DNA of 64,000 nucleotides from Raillietiella orientalis (Eukaryota): NCBI GenBank assembly GCA_036172245.1, contig JAYWIR010000070.1, positions 248,001 to 312,000 of the forward strand, read 5' to 3'. Shown piece by piece: positions 13,308 to 25,870 of this stretch (position 1 is its first letter; each line of letters starts with the position of its first letter). The notes under the pieces were generated by a model. It saw only the letters and a program-made list of their open reading frames with translations, ran no database searches and was not told where the DNA came from. The position numbers and the translations under genes were made by a program.

Positions 13308-16300
13308 ATGCGCAACCTTGGTGCTCTCTTCACGTTGGTGCTCGGTGAGTGCTCTCCCCTCCCCCTGCCCCCCTCCCCCTCCTTTCCACCCCTTCCGAAG
13401 CGCTCGGAAAGCCCCGGCGCAAGGTCAGATGTCGGCCCCCCTCTTCCTCTTCTCTGCCCTGCTCGGTCTCTCGCAGTCGTGGGTAGTGGTCGTTGTCAGA
13501 CGCACCTCCTCCAGCTCTTTGGGACCTGAAGCAGAGTCTCGTCCTTTTCTTTTGCCCTCTTTCATGTCCCTTCCTCCCCTCCTTGCGTTTCCGAGCCGAG
13601 AAACCTCTGTGTTTGTCCTCCCCGCCCTTGCCTTGCATCCTAGGACTTGCCGGCGGCATGTCCCTTGTTTTCCAGTGGTCACGGCTGCCTGCGGCGTATG
13701 CGGCTGCGACCGCGAGGAGTGGACGCGCGGATGCCGCATATCGAAAGGCAGGTGCGAGTGCGGGTACGGCTGCGACGCCGAGTACCGCTACCGGGACCGG
13801 AACCAGTGCGAGTCGTCTCTCATGGGTAATCGGGATGCGGAGAGGGGGAGAAAAAAAAGGGGAAGGGGAGGGGTTAACATTCCGGAGGGGGCCAATGGAG
13901 AGAATCAATTTCAGGTCGTCGCCCGGATCCCTGTGAATCGAGACCTTGCAAGAACGGTGGTATCTGCGTGCAGAGGTCAGGAGGGTACGAGTGCAGGTGC
14001 CTGGGAACCGGATACGCCGGGATGAACTGCACCGTGGGCGAGTAACCCCCTCCTCCCTTTTCCTCCTCTCCCCCTTTCCGCTTTGCTTTCCTTTTTCATC
14101 TTCGCTGCTGGTAGAGGGTTTCTTCCTCGAAAGGACGCCTTCCGAGAGCGTGCGATCCCCGAGGTTCCAGTAAGTTCCCCCCCCTTCGTCCCCTTCCGCC
14201 ATCGCCGCCAGTCTGCGACGGCGGGGTCGCGCACGCTTCCCTCTCGTCTTCTGCTTTCTCGCGCACCGGTCTCCACCCCTCGCGACCGACTCGTCCTCGC
14301 GGGGTCGCATCGCGCCAGTGTCGTATTTCCCCGCCGGCGGAAACCTCTCGCGTCTGGCAGGCGGCGACACCGGAGGGCAAGTTTCGCGCAGGCGTGTGGT
14401 GCAGCAGCGGTCTCGTGCCGGGTGTGAGCGCGCGCGGTCTCGAAAAGCGTTGATTCACTGCGCGGTGCAGTCGTTGAGGGATCGCCTGGGAAAATGGAGA
14501 CCTGGTCACCTAGGGTCCTGTCAGAAGGGAACGCCTGCTGGAAAGGTCGCTCCTTTCCTACAGGGGTTCTCTTAGGCAGCACCTCCTTCCTTCCTTCCTA
14601 AGGTTACACCTAGGTCATTGCGAGCTTCCGTCGCCGCTGCTGCCCGCGGCCTGTCTGCTGGAGGTGGCGCTCCACCATCTTTGATCCCCCATGCGCGGGC
14701 CGTTTTCTGCGCCGTTTTCGTCCTTCGGCAGCGGCCGAGCTTGCGACTGAACGGGCGGGGCTCACCAGACGAATTCGAATGGCCCGCGTCCATTCGGGAG
14801 GTGGTGGCTCAAGGGAAAAGTACCCGCCGGCAACCATCCGTCGCCTGCGACCCTGCTGACGGCCGCCACGTCCGAGAATGTCGCCAGCACTCAAGTGGAC
14901 AGGCAGTTGAACAAACAAAACACAAGCGGACGAGCGCCGTGGACCGAAGAACAAGAAAGCAAGCGGGGAGATGAAGTGTTAGACGGACGGAAGACAAACA
15001 GATGCAGGCAAGGATGCGGAGACTCACCAGTGGACAGTGCAGCAGCGGAGTCCATCAGGAGAACGGACAGACAGACAAAAAGAAAAAGGTGGACGGATGG
15101 ATAGACAGGCAGATAAACGAACAGACACGACATGCAAACGGACGGACGCGGATGTAGGGACGACGGAAGCGAGGAGCAGGTGGATTAACAAACAGGCGGA
15201 CGGGTGGCAGACAGAGTGAAAGGGCTGTCAAAGCAACAAATGAAACTAGCAGCAACAGGGAAACAAGCGGGCGGGCGATGAACAGCATCGAGTTGACACG
15301 CAGACAGATGACTTGTTTGAGTACACAGATGAGCAAACGAACCAGAGCCAGCAAAGGTCGTCAGGCGGACACATTGACAGATGGCTTGCTCGAGGCCACT
15401 GCTGGGAGTGACTCAAGGAGTGACTGCCTCCTTGGCATAGCGGAAGACTGTGCGGAAGAGCAGATGCTAGGTGGCGTCCGGCGCAGGAGCGGGGCAGTTG
15501 CCCCAGACGGTTCAAGCGCCACGAACCGAATGAGGAAACCGCCCGGGTAGGAAGATCCCAGGGAAGGGAGGGAGAAGCCCCATGGGACGTGCGAAGGTGC
15601 TTTCGTGGTGTGTCAGGGAAAGGGGAGAAGACCGTTGAGGCAGGAGTTCTTCTCCGAACCCTCTCTGCCCGCGGAGATGCTCTGGGAGCGCATGCGGCAA
15701 ATGGGCAGCGGGGTGTGCTCCCGTCCGTCGGCTCTCCGCTGCCGCACCACCCGAACGCTCCTCCTTGCTCTCAGGGAAAGAGGAAAACTGCCCGGGGCTC
15801 CTGAATGTCGCCTTAGGCAAAGAGATCAGGTCTTTTAGCAGACCCCAGAGCCGCTCATACACACTCGAAAAGGCCGTCAGGGGGAGGGAGGCCACGGGAC
15901 GCCCGATCTTCTGGTGCCGGTGGGTCTAAGACCCTTCCCTCGTTTTTCCGAGGTTGCGGGTAAACAGCAGCTCAGAGAGGCCCCGTCGACCGAGGGCGCG
16001 GTTTCCCTTACGAAGCGTATGGGATACGGCCAGTAAAGGGGAGGAGGCAACGGGAAAATAAAAGCTCCCTTCCTCCCTCGTTTTCCAGATCCTTCTCTGG
16101 TATCCCCCCCCATCCCACACAAAAAAACCTTCTCCTTGTGGGAAGTTGCTCTCCAGTCCCCTCCGGCTGCGCGCCACGAGAGTCACCTTCCATCATCCGA
16201 GTCGGTTTCCTCTCTCGCCCCGAGCATTTCAAATGGCTTCCGGTCTTCAGTGCCTCCGAGGCTGTGAGCCCGCAGCATCTAGACCATCATTTCAAGCCTC

Positions 16301-19056
16301 TCCATTCCCATACCTCTCTTCTTTTTCCTCCGAGTTCCGATCTCTAGAGAAAAAAGGGGCGATCACTGCTACGGGCGCAGCCTCTCCTGGGAAACAACAA
16401 CTGACGAATCCACCGGACCGCCAAGAAGACATGGGCACTAGGGCGTTCCCTCTGGACTTCCGCTACCCGCCTTGGCATGACTCGCGGGGGCTCGCTGCCA
16501 TCCTCGAGGGAGATCCATGGCCAAGCCATCCTCCAGGAATCCCCGTTTTGAGCCTTAAGCCTGCTACCCTTTCTTCCAACCTGTTAGCTTTCGATCCCCA
16601 CGGGACCGGTGCCTCCTTCGTACCCTCCTTTAACGCCAAGCGCTTTCGCCCGGTCAAGGCGGGATCCTTGGGAGCTGAGCGTTCCTCTCCAATGGCATGG
16701 AGAGCTTCTAGTAAACGCCCGTCCATGCCGCCGTTTTCTGCTAGTCGTGCGGATACGTGCGGAGCGACACGCACTTCCTCCTCCTCCTCTCCCTCTTCTT
16801 CCTCTTCTTCTCCCCCTTTTCTTCTATTCCCCTCCCCCCTCCCTCTCCTCCTCTTCCTCCTTCCCTTCTGCTCCTCTTCCCCCTTCCTCATCTTCATTGC
16901 CTCTTTCTCTTCTTCCTCCTCTCCTCTTTCTTCTCTTCTCTTTCTCCCCCTCCTCCTCCATTCCTAGTTTATCTCGCGCGTTACTCGGCAGGAGATTTTT
17001 CCTTGCACTCGCTACTTCTGTTCTCCCTTCCTGCACGGACGAGTCGCTTTCTCCTGGCGCATCGATGACGCGAGCACTGGAAATGTCGTCGCCGCCGCCT
17101 CTCCCCCCCCCCTCACTTCCGCGGCGGAGGCGGCAGCATCCATGCCGACCCTTCTCCAGCAGATCATTCAACTCTGCCACTGCTATCTCTGGTCTGAGAT
17201 GCCGCCAGACTTGCTCTGTGGCCCCGAGACGCGCACCCACGAGAACGCGATGGAAAGCAGAGATTCGCTCGCGAGCTGAGTCGCGCGCCCGGTACTCCAC
17301 TGCTGTTTATTTTCGACGTTCCCGGGCGCGTTCTCCCGTCGCGCGCCTTCCTACAGCTGCGCTCTCGGCTCCCTGGCGGACAGCCCGAATGCGGAAGGAC
17401 ATGCAGGCTGCGGCAATGGGGGGAGGCTATGGGAAAGGGAAGTTGCCGGGTCCCTAACCCTCGATCCCCGAAATAGACCTCCAGGTCATGTGGAGTAGCG
17501 TGGGAGTTCCGCGAGCGACCCGCCGTCCCTCATCCAGAAGGAGTGCCTCGGAGCTTCCGAGGAGGTGGACGGGAGGCATGGGGAGGAAGGTCTGCCGGAA
17601 AGGTGAAAAGACCACCTCACCATAGCGGGAGTGCAGGCGTCGTCGTCTCTGCGGCAAGGGCGCTTTCGTAAGGGAGTCACTTCCTGCCTCGGACGATTAT
17701 CTTCCGGCGTTCCCTCTGCTTTCTTCCTCGCATCCGAGCCAGCGCGGCGGTAGAATAGCACCGTCGAAGCGGATGGCATCAGGCGCCAAGGGGTAGAATC
17801 TTGCATTTTGAGCAGCGCCAGCGCTGGCGACAAGCGCACGCCCCTCCGGTTGTTCGCACGCCGCAAGCTTAAGAGTGATCTTCATCAAAACTTCACTTCC
17901 TTTGGGGGCGAGGAAGCCCTGCGGTCGCCCTTCTACGAAGCCAGGTCCATCGTTTCCCGCAGAAGGAGATGAGAAAGCTCCCGTGGAGCCTCCTCCAGCG
18001 ACCGCTGCTCTTGTCTCAAGCGGAAGAGGGATTGCAGACCAAGCGGAGGTCGCGGGAGACGAGACTGCCTTCCTTTCCACCTACTTGCTACCGCTCTGCG
18101 GCTCAGCAGGAACGGCGACTACAGACGCTGCGATGATGGCAGCAAGTGGCAGAGGTTGCAACGATGCTGGTAGAAATTCATCTTTTCCGTCTCCGGATGC
18201 ACGGGAGAGAAAGCTTGCGGGTTCACTTTCCGGACAAGGCAACGCTCCAGAGGCAGGAGAGGCATTCCTTTCGGGGGATGCTGCAGTGCTGCGTGGAGGG
18301 AAGGGGGACTCGATGGCTGTCCATGCAGGATCTGGGGCTGCGTCTCGCGGCATATCCCCTGGAAAGCCTTTGCCCATGTGCGCTGCTCGTCTCACGAGGC
18401 CTCGTGCGCGATGCCTGTGGCTGAGCATCCGCGTGGGGATGCGCCTGTACGCAGTACTGTTTGGAGCTGCTAGCCGGGGGTGCCGTGGCTCTCGCCGAGC
18501 CACCGAGCTCCCGAAGGTCTGCAACTGCAATCCATGCTCTGTTCCTTCTCTTTTCATTTTTTTCCTCTTCTCTCTCCTCCTCCTCCTCCTTTTCCCCTGC
18601 AGCCGCCTCCGCTCCCATCTTGCGCATCCGACCCCGACGAAACAGAGCGCCACTTCGTGAGGAATCGCAGCGACCTTCTTGCTGGGATGAGGCGTCGTTC
18701 GCAACTGAAAGAGGAGAGGGAAATCCGGCCTCCAGTAGGACTCTTCCTCCTTCCCCTTCTGCATTCCCAAATAAAAAGGGAGTTTGTGGGGGCTCTTTGC
18801 TTCCCTCAAGCTCTCACGGGAGGAGAAGAGCGCGCTTGGCAGCGTCGGGTTGTTCCTGTACGCCTTCCTGTGTCCCCTCTCCCTTCTTCCGTCCCTTGTC
18901 CTGCAGCTCCGGAGTCGCGGATCCCTACGATTCGCGACGTCACGCACCTTCGAATTTTCTGTATCTGTTGCAGCTTGCCCTGAGAATCCTGGGATGGATT
19001 CCCGCCACCACTCCGTGAGCTTGCCTCTGGAATGCCTCGTCACCATACTGATATGA
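13308..19056 (+). CDS. Secreted 130-aa cysteine-rich protein with one EGF-like domain; join(13308..13344,13676..13825,13915..14037,18974..19056)
   Basis: All three introns are phase 1 and restore one 393-nt frame: MRNLGALFTLVLVVTAACGVCG (signal peptide-like) CDREEWTRGCRISKGRCECGYGCDAEYRYRDRNQCESSLM GRRPDPCESRPCKNGGICVQRSGGYECRCLGTGYAGMNCTV ACPENPGMDSRHHSVSLPLECLVTILI*. Donors are G|gtgagt (13345), G|gtaatc (13826) and G|gcgagt (14038, GC type). Acceptors are ttttccag (13675), aatttcag (13914) and tgttgcag (18973). The six-Cys EGF spacing is clear; exon 4 is the least certain part. Confidence 0.85.
14980..15380. repeat. Degenerate tetranucleotide-type repeat (ACAG/ACGG/ATAG units) in intron 3 of the EGF gene
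   Basis: Runs such as agacggacggaagacaaacaga, ggacagacagacaaaa, ggacggatggatagacaggcagataaacgaacagacacga. Confidence 0.65.
16773..16964. repeat. About 190-bp polypyrimidine/polypurine tract of CTC/CTT-like units
   Basis: Nearly purine-free plus strand: cttcctcctcctcctctccctcttcttcctcttcttctccccc... Confidence 0.85.
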
Positions 19057-22000
19057 GCTGCGGCGGAGGCGGCGACGGCAACGCCATGAGCGAGCGGAAG
19101 AGCCAGCCTGTGAATACACTTGTTCGTGTGTCAGAGACGGCATTTCTCCTTCCTGCTCCATGCCGTTCCTCCTCCTCCTCCCTTCGCGCCATCCCGCCAG
19201 CGGTGCTTCCTCGATACGACCGCCCCTCCCTCCTGCTGCAGCCGAGCCACTCCTCCGGGTGTGGGGGTGGGGAGGCTAAGTGGAGGTGCCGTCTCAGCAC
19301 CGCGATCTCAGGGGCCGCCGTGCGAGTTCGGGGCGGCGCCGCGAGAGAGCGTTCCCCGGAACGTTCGGAGAGCTTTCGGAAACCGGGAGCAAGGATCTCC
19401 TTCAAAGCAACTGAGGGGAAAGAGGCAGACGCGGGATCCTGCACGCACCCCTCTCGTCCTCCTCCTCTTCCCTTTTTCTCCCCAAAGTAAGCGTGCTTCG
19501 GACAGACTCGAAAGCTTCATCGACGGGGATCGCTGGGCGGTGCAGCTGCCTTGCCACCGGTTGTCGCACGAAGCACCCAGGGTGTCCCGGAAACTTCGAA
19601 CGTCTTCTCGAACACCTTTCTTCCAGTAGTGCTCTGGATTCTGCATTCCATCGTTTCAGACTCATCTATTCCATTCCCTTCCTCCCCCTTTTCCCTCTCT
19701 CCCTTAATTTTTCTTTCCTGCGCAAAGGAAGGTGAGGAAACCGCTCCGGGTCGGCGTCCTTTTGCCCTCGGAGCGAGAGCTCTTCCTCCGTTTTCCTCTA
19801 GCACGCAAGTGGGAAGAAGTATTTGGCTGTCACTATGGTTACTTTATTTGCAATTCTCCTGACGAGAGTTAGGCAGTTCCGCTTCTCCATCCGTTCCCGC
19901 CCTCTCCTCGACTCCTTCCAGAGTCTCGTTTTCCACGCTCTGGAGTCGATAAAGTCGATGGTCTCGAGACCGTTGCGTTGATGTGGCGGCCTTTGTTTAC
20001 TCGTTTCGGACTCGGAAGAAGACTTTTGACTTACTTGCTTATAAGGGGGTGGCGAGGATGGTAGCGCTTTCCTTGGACTATCGGTACCAAGGTATTCGCT
20101 CCGGAGGACGGAGAACGCTCTCTCAACGCGCTGCTCAGCCACCTCAAACTCCCGTCGAACGAGGTTAACCATAGAAACGGAAACACTCCTAGCCGGGAAA
20201 AGAACAGAAGCCTTGCCAGCTTTGCAGGTCCCACACTCGCGCGCATTCTCCCCTACCACGGGACCCGGGTAGTTCCTTCGAGCAGCAGTAGGTGACGTTT
20301 GGGGAGGAATTCCGGGTCGCCAGGCAACACGACTGTCTTCCGTGCAAAGAATTGGAGATGAGTGGCGTCCCAGTCCGATTCTGGCATCCACGGCAGGAGG
20401 ACTTGGAAGCAGTTAACGGATTCGTGGCCAAGGAGCAGCGGCAGCAGACTTTGCTCAGCGTCTCCTTGGAGAAGCATCAGGAAAACGGAATTTTCTCTGC
20501 TTCTGGCACTTCAAGGGACTTAGTAAGAGAAGCTGTCAGTTCGTTCGAAGCAGCTTGTTCCCGATTACCCTCTTCCTGAAACTATGACGCTCGAGGGAGA
20601 AGTTTCGACGGTCGGTCATGGAGAAGTCGTGAATCTGTGAACAGTCCAACGGAGAATTTTCCTAAGATTCTGATGAACTCTTCCTCAGATGCTGTAACAG
20701 TCATCGGCGAACCGAAGAGCCTACCGCAAAAACCATCGGAGAGTGTTCCTTCCAGAGTCTGCGCCTCGTGGCGCGTCTCTTCAGCCACGCAAGGGATGAG
20801 GGTGGTGAAGAATTTGAACTCCGGCCTGAACATCCCGGCAGCTTCTTCGGGCGGAAGCATAGTCTGATACCCGTGACGCCATAAGCGCATCTGACGCTCT
20901 CCACCAACCGATAGAGGAAGAGCTCTGCAAGATGGTAAGGAGGTAGAAGCCCTGATTTTTGCTGATGGGGAAGATCGAGCTGATGCCGAGGCGAGAGACA
21001 GGGTGGTCTTGAGAACGGGTACTGTGGCATCCTGTAGCATCCCTGAAAAAGGAGACTCATGTGAAAGGATAAATACCCTTTCCTCCCTGAAAAAAAGCAA
21101 GAAAAATAAACGGGCATAAGGCACCAAAAATAAGGAATTTCATCCTTAAATGAGCGCCTGCCAGCTTTTTTGGATTCGATAGAACGGGCATACTCTTAAG
21201 GACAGAAGCTCTGAAAGACACAGCCAACGCACGGATCGGGAACCTGGGATTCACGAGACCATTCTGAAAAACCTATGGAATCCATTACGCCTGTTTCGGA
21301 GAGCCCACCAGCTTCGAGAGAAAGAAACGTGATAGCAGGTAACTTGCACGATGCACACCTTTTGAGGGGTGAAATTCACATCAGACCTCCGAAGATGTCT
21401 TCAGGGGCTCCGGGAGTTTCGCATTGAGAGAGTACACTGTCTGTCTCGTCTATCCCTGTTCTCGCGTTCTTGGTCATTAGCTCCCACCTTGAAGGCAGGA
21501 GCTGCGCGCCTCCAAGGACATGAAGCACAGAAACTGGGTGCGCAAAGTGAGGTGCTCTGGCTTGAAGAAAGCAGCTCAAAGGAAAGAAGAAATAAAGAGC
21601 TACAGACAAATGTTCCACCACTCTTTTTGACGCGGGAATCCCTCGTTTTTATTAAGGCACTCCTCTTTCCCATATGAGATACCTCAAAAGAATCGTTAGA
21701 GATCTGCAGCTGCGTCGCTGGTTGGGGATGGGACTGTTTGATGATGGGTCGAAAAAGTGATAGAATGGCATGAGCCTCGATGCATGGGGAGCATAAGAAT
21801 CTTCCAGCCGGCGCTTTATGCTGCTCCAATACCAAGCCTTCCAGCAGTCGAGAGGCATGAGTGGGTCCTGGAGATGCAAAGACGGAGAGGCGGAAGGAAA
21901 TTCTCTGTGCGACGTTGCTTTCTCGGGGGTACGTCGAAATTTTAGCCACCCCTTCGACTTTGCATGTCAAGCAGAGCTGTGCTAGGAGCTCCAGTAGCTT

Positions 22001-24669
22001 CAGATGAATCCGTACTGGGGCCGCTGAGCAGGTTGGATCCGATTCTCACAAGAGTTTGTCCCGGCATGTGCGCGAATTTCAGGGTTCCTGAGAGCAGATG
22101 GTAAGGAACGAAATCCCTTCTCTGTTGTTCCAGTCTCTGTCGTCGGGGCTTCTAGCCGTCACGATTCCGTAAACGCAGCAAGAAGTCGCTATCATCGCAG
22201 CTGGCGACATCCCTCCACGCGTGGAAAGGCGCCCGAATAAGGTATTCGAGTGGGCTTCTGGGAAGTTCAGGGACGTGTTTAAAGGTGTCCACACACACCG
22301 AAGGGCAACGCTTTAAAAGCAGGTGCGGCAAGGATGGGAAAGGGTTGGTTGCACTTGTCACACTTCCTTTCGCTGCACTTGTTACGCTCTGGGATCACCC
22401 TTTTTCCTGGTCCAGTGGTGGAAATGTGAGTTGAATGGTTCAATGCAGCAGTCGCAACTCCGAGTGCTTCCACTCAGGAAAACTACGATGCAGTGCAAGA
22501 AAACCTCGGGGATCTCCACTTTCTTCCATGAGATTCCGAGGAGATCCGTTCAGAGGAGAAGCCCTTTGGGGAGGGAGGCGGAGGTGGAAACCTCAGCCAG
22601 TTGACGTGCCGCCCAGCATTCCAATAGCTTCTTTTTTCCTGCAATCTCGCAGTTTATTTGTCATCTTGAGGACTGGTGGCTGTCCTGGCTATCCCGTAAG
22701 GACGACAGCATTACAGCAAGAAGGGTTGCTGGGCCCACAGAGTTTTCTACGGATCTCGAACTTCCTGGATTTCAATGGTAGAGTCCAGTTGAGGTTATGA
22801 GTCTCGGATCCAGCAAAGTTTCCACTGCTCCTCTTCTTTGGAATAGAAACTCAATAAACCGAATACTTTCAAATAAGCCGGGATCGTTAAGGCAGCGGAA
22901 CTTTCCGCAAAGATAGTCAAATTGATTGTCCTTCGGAGGTAAAGACAAAGCGAGGCAAAGAAGAGGGAAGAGCGAAAAGAGAATTGGGATGGTGAAGATA
23001 GGAGTGAAGGAATGCTCACAGAAGTTCTCTTAAATGCTCTGAAAAACCAGTCCCTTTCACGCTCGATGATTCTCATTGAAGTTTTTCTCTTCTCGGTTCA
23101 TCTTTTCTGAGATCAAAAGTCCATTTGGAATCTTCAGGGTTTTCGTTCATTTCCATGTGAAACTTCATCGAGCAAAAGGGTCGGGGTTGGGTCTCTCTTC
23201 CAGCTGTGGTAGATTAGAGTCCATTCTTCCAACGGTTTTCTCCTAAGACGAGAATCATCTTTCTCTAAGAGGACTTATTCTCTGTTCTGCTCCCAGGCTG
23301 TGGTGGAAGAAGAGCCTCTCTGATTTTCCTCACAACTTCAAACTTCCACTCTTTGTCAGCACCAGAAGAGACAAGAGGACTGTTGCTGCTTCTCCCAGTT
23401 TTTGGATTCTCTCGGATCACAGCTTCAGTGACTCTCAGTTCGAGATCCAGGAGCCTAGAATTTGGAGGAAACTTCAATAGATCAAGATTTAGTTTCAAGG
23501 TCAGTGACCTCTGAAAGAGCCTTCATTTGCCAAAGAGTCATGCTCGTCAGGATCGTCTGTCAAGATCTGCCGTCTCCTCGAACGTTTCCGATGTCGGTCG
23601 AAAGACGGGATCACAATCCCTGATCTTATACCGTTTCTGAGTTTCTGAGCTTCCCCTTTTCTCCGAAAAATCATTCGGCTCCTGGACCCAATGCTGTGAT
23701 TGGATTCTTCTTGGGCCTTTTCGACAATGTCCAACTGAATCCCCTTCCTTTTATTCATTCACAGGGCGAGCGCTTTTTCGAGTTCCGGAACATCTGGGAA
23801 TTCCAGCTACCCTTCCCTCTTTCTCCGAGAGCAGAGTAATGTGCAATTTCGTCCGTGGATCGAAAGATACCTTTGCAGGACACTCTTTTGTTTTCTCCTG
23901 CGCTGCCTTCTTTGGCGGACACCTCCACTAATCTAGACACCCTCTGATCTTAAACCCCTAGCAAAAGGCACAAGGAGTCAGTCTCTCAGCAGAGCACGGG
24001 AACATGGAGTGGTTTCTTCCCGAGCTCCGAGTCCTCAACCACGAAGTTTCTCTTGATAATGGATTCTTTCAGGCTTGACAGGAGCCCCATCTTGAAAGTT
24101 TTTCTTAGTCCGTGCGGACTGATCTCTTTGGAAATTAAGAGTGATGCACATCTTTTTCCTTTTGTTTGGTTCGCCACCGTTCGCCTCCTTAGGGAGGAAG
24201 TCACGAAGCTCTACAGCTCCCGAGGTGGGTGCATATAACTCTTCAAGTGATAGGGACCGACCCTGGAGGAGCCCCCTATGAATCCAAGAAGCTTCCTCCT
24301 CACGCTTGGAAGGAATTCTGAAGGGAACCCTCCCCCTGGTTGTCTTCAGAGGGACCCCGAAAGAAATCTCTTTCTTATTCTCTCCAGAGGAGCCCCCTGG
24401 AGGAGGGGAGCACTCTCCATTTCTTCTTTGGAGGGCACCAGTGGAGGAATCGCTCCCTGTTTCCTCCTCTGAAGAAAGCCCTGAAGGAAACAGCGTGCTT
24501 CTTGACACTCTGGAGAGGCAACCTACCGCCAGCTCCATGGTGAGGGATGGAAGGTGAGTCTTCTCGAGGAAGAGACGGCTCCATTTTCGTAACCGGAGGG
24601 GGATCCCTAAAGAAACCGGCTTCTTGATTCCTGGAAGGACTCCGGAGGGTCAACTTCCGATCCCGGTTA

Positions 24670-24868
24670 CTCAACGGAAGGCATCCGATTTCCAGCTTCC
24701 ACCAGTGCCTCACTCGAATGTAGACCAGCCAAAACCATCCTGCAGGGGGACTTGAAACCCACAACGCACCCATTTCTCGACATCGATGCTTCCCGGGAGG
24801 GTTTCGAACCCGCAACGCTTGGTACCACGCTCGGAGACCTCAGCCACACGGCCGACAGCGCGGACTCC
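24670..24868 (-). mobile_element. tRNA-derived SINE-like element (degenerate)
   Basis: On the minus strand, an A-box-like TCGGCCGTGTGG (24855-24844) and a B-box GGTTCGAAACC (24810-24800) at tRNA-like spacing, followed by a non-tRNA body. It does not fold as a clean cloverleaf, and the 3' end is approximate. Confidence 0.55.
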
Positions 24869-25797
24869 ATTCCGTGCTTCAAAGCTGCTTCGTCTTTAAG
24901 GAGTCATGGTTACTGTAAGAAAAGTGAGTCTGTTCTGAATCTTTAAAAGAGAAGGATGCACAGAAGTCGTGGTGAGCGAAAACCCGGATTAAGGAGGACC
25001 TCCCACTTCCAGACTCAACTTTTTATTTTACCCAATCCCAACTCCATTTCAGGGTTTACTTTAACCATTCGGAGAGTCTCGTTTGATCCACCCAGACCTG
25101 TGAGCACATGTCCAAAATTGCTTTCATTCTGGGGGTTTTCCTTTCTTGCGCAGCTCGAAGAAAGCCACCCTGCCTTCACATCATCAGACGCGTATCTTAA
25201 TATCAGAACTCTTACTGCCTCCCATTTGGAAAGAAAGGAGATTTTATTCCAAGTGAATCTTTCACTGGTCCCTAATCAGCATGTGAAACTTTTGCCAAAG
25301 AAGGATGAGGGGATATACACTCGTGCACATGCGCATTCATCTGGTGAGGGAATTCTTGCGCCACCTCGGGAGCAGCAGCAGAATTCGAGAGTTCGCAAGG
25401 ATAGCCAAGTTCGGGAAGGAGGTTTCCCTTGCTACAGAGGAAACCTATTCAGGAACTTTTCTGCTCTCTTGGGAGGTTCATTTTCGTCTGATGCTGCGAA
25501 CGAAGCGCGGGTTACAACGGAAAGCGCCATCTCAGTGTTCCCCGAAGGCAATAAAGCTGAGTGCTGGCCATCTGATTGCATGTCGACCAATGCTTAAAAG
25601 GAAGGGAATGCAAGAAGACACTCAGTCAGGACTAGTTACGCCGAAAATCTCCAGTGTTCTTTCCAGCGTCCTCCTTTTCCGTAGGTTTCAGGCCAAAATA
25701 ATATATAAAACCTGTTTGCAAACTCGAGGTTTCGATTGCTTTCCGAAGTCATGCGAGCTAACCATCCACTGGTCGGCGATCAAAGACCCGGTTGCAA

Positions 25798-25870
25798 CCC
25801 AGTCATTATAGCATAGTGGAGCATAGTGGCCGCCCGCAAAGTTCCTGAGGTTCGAACCATGCGACTCGGG
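25798..25870 (+). mobile_element. tRNA-like head (SINE remnant or tRNA pseudogene)
   Basis: A-box TAGCATAGTGG (25809-25819, with a 10-bp tandem duplication agcatagtgg) and B-box GGTTCGAACC (25849-25858); anticodon arm not recognisable. Confidence 0.5.
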
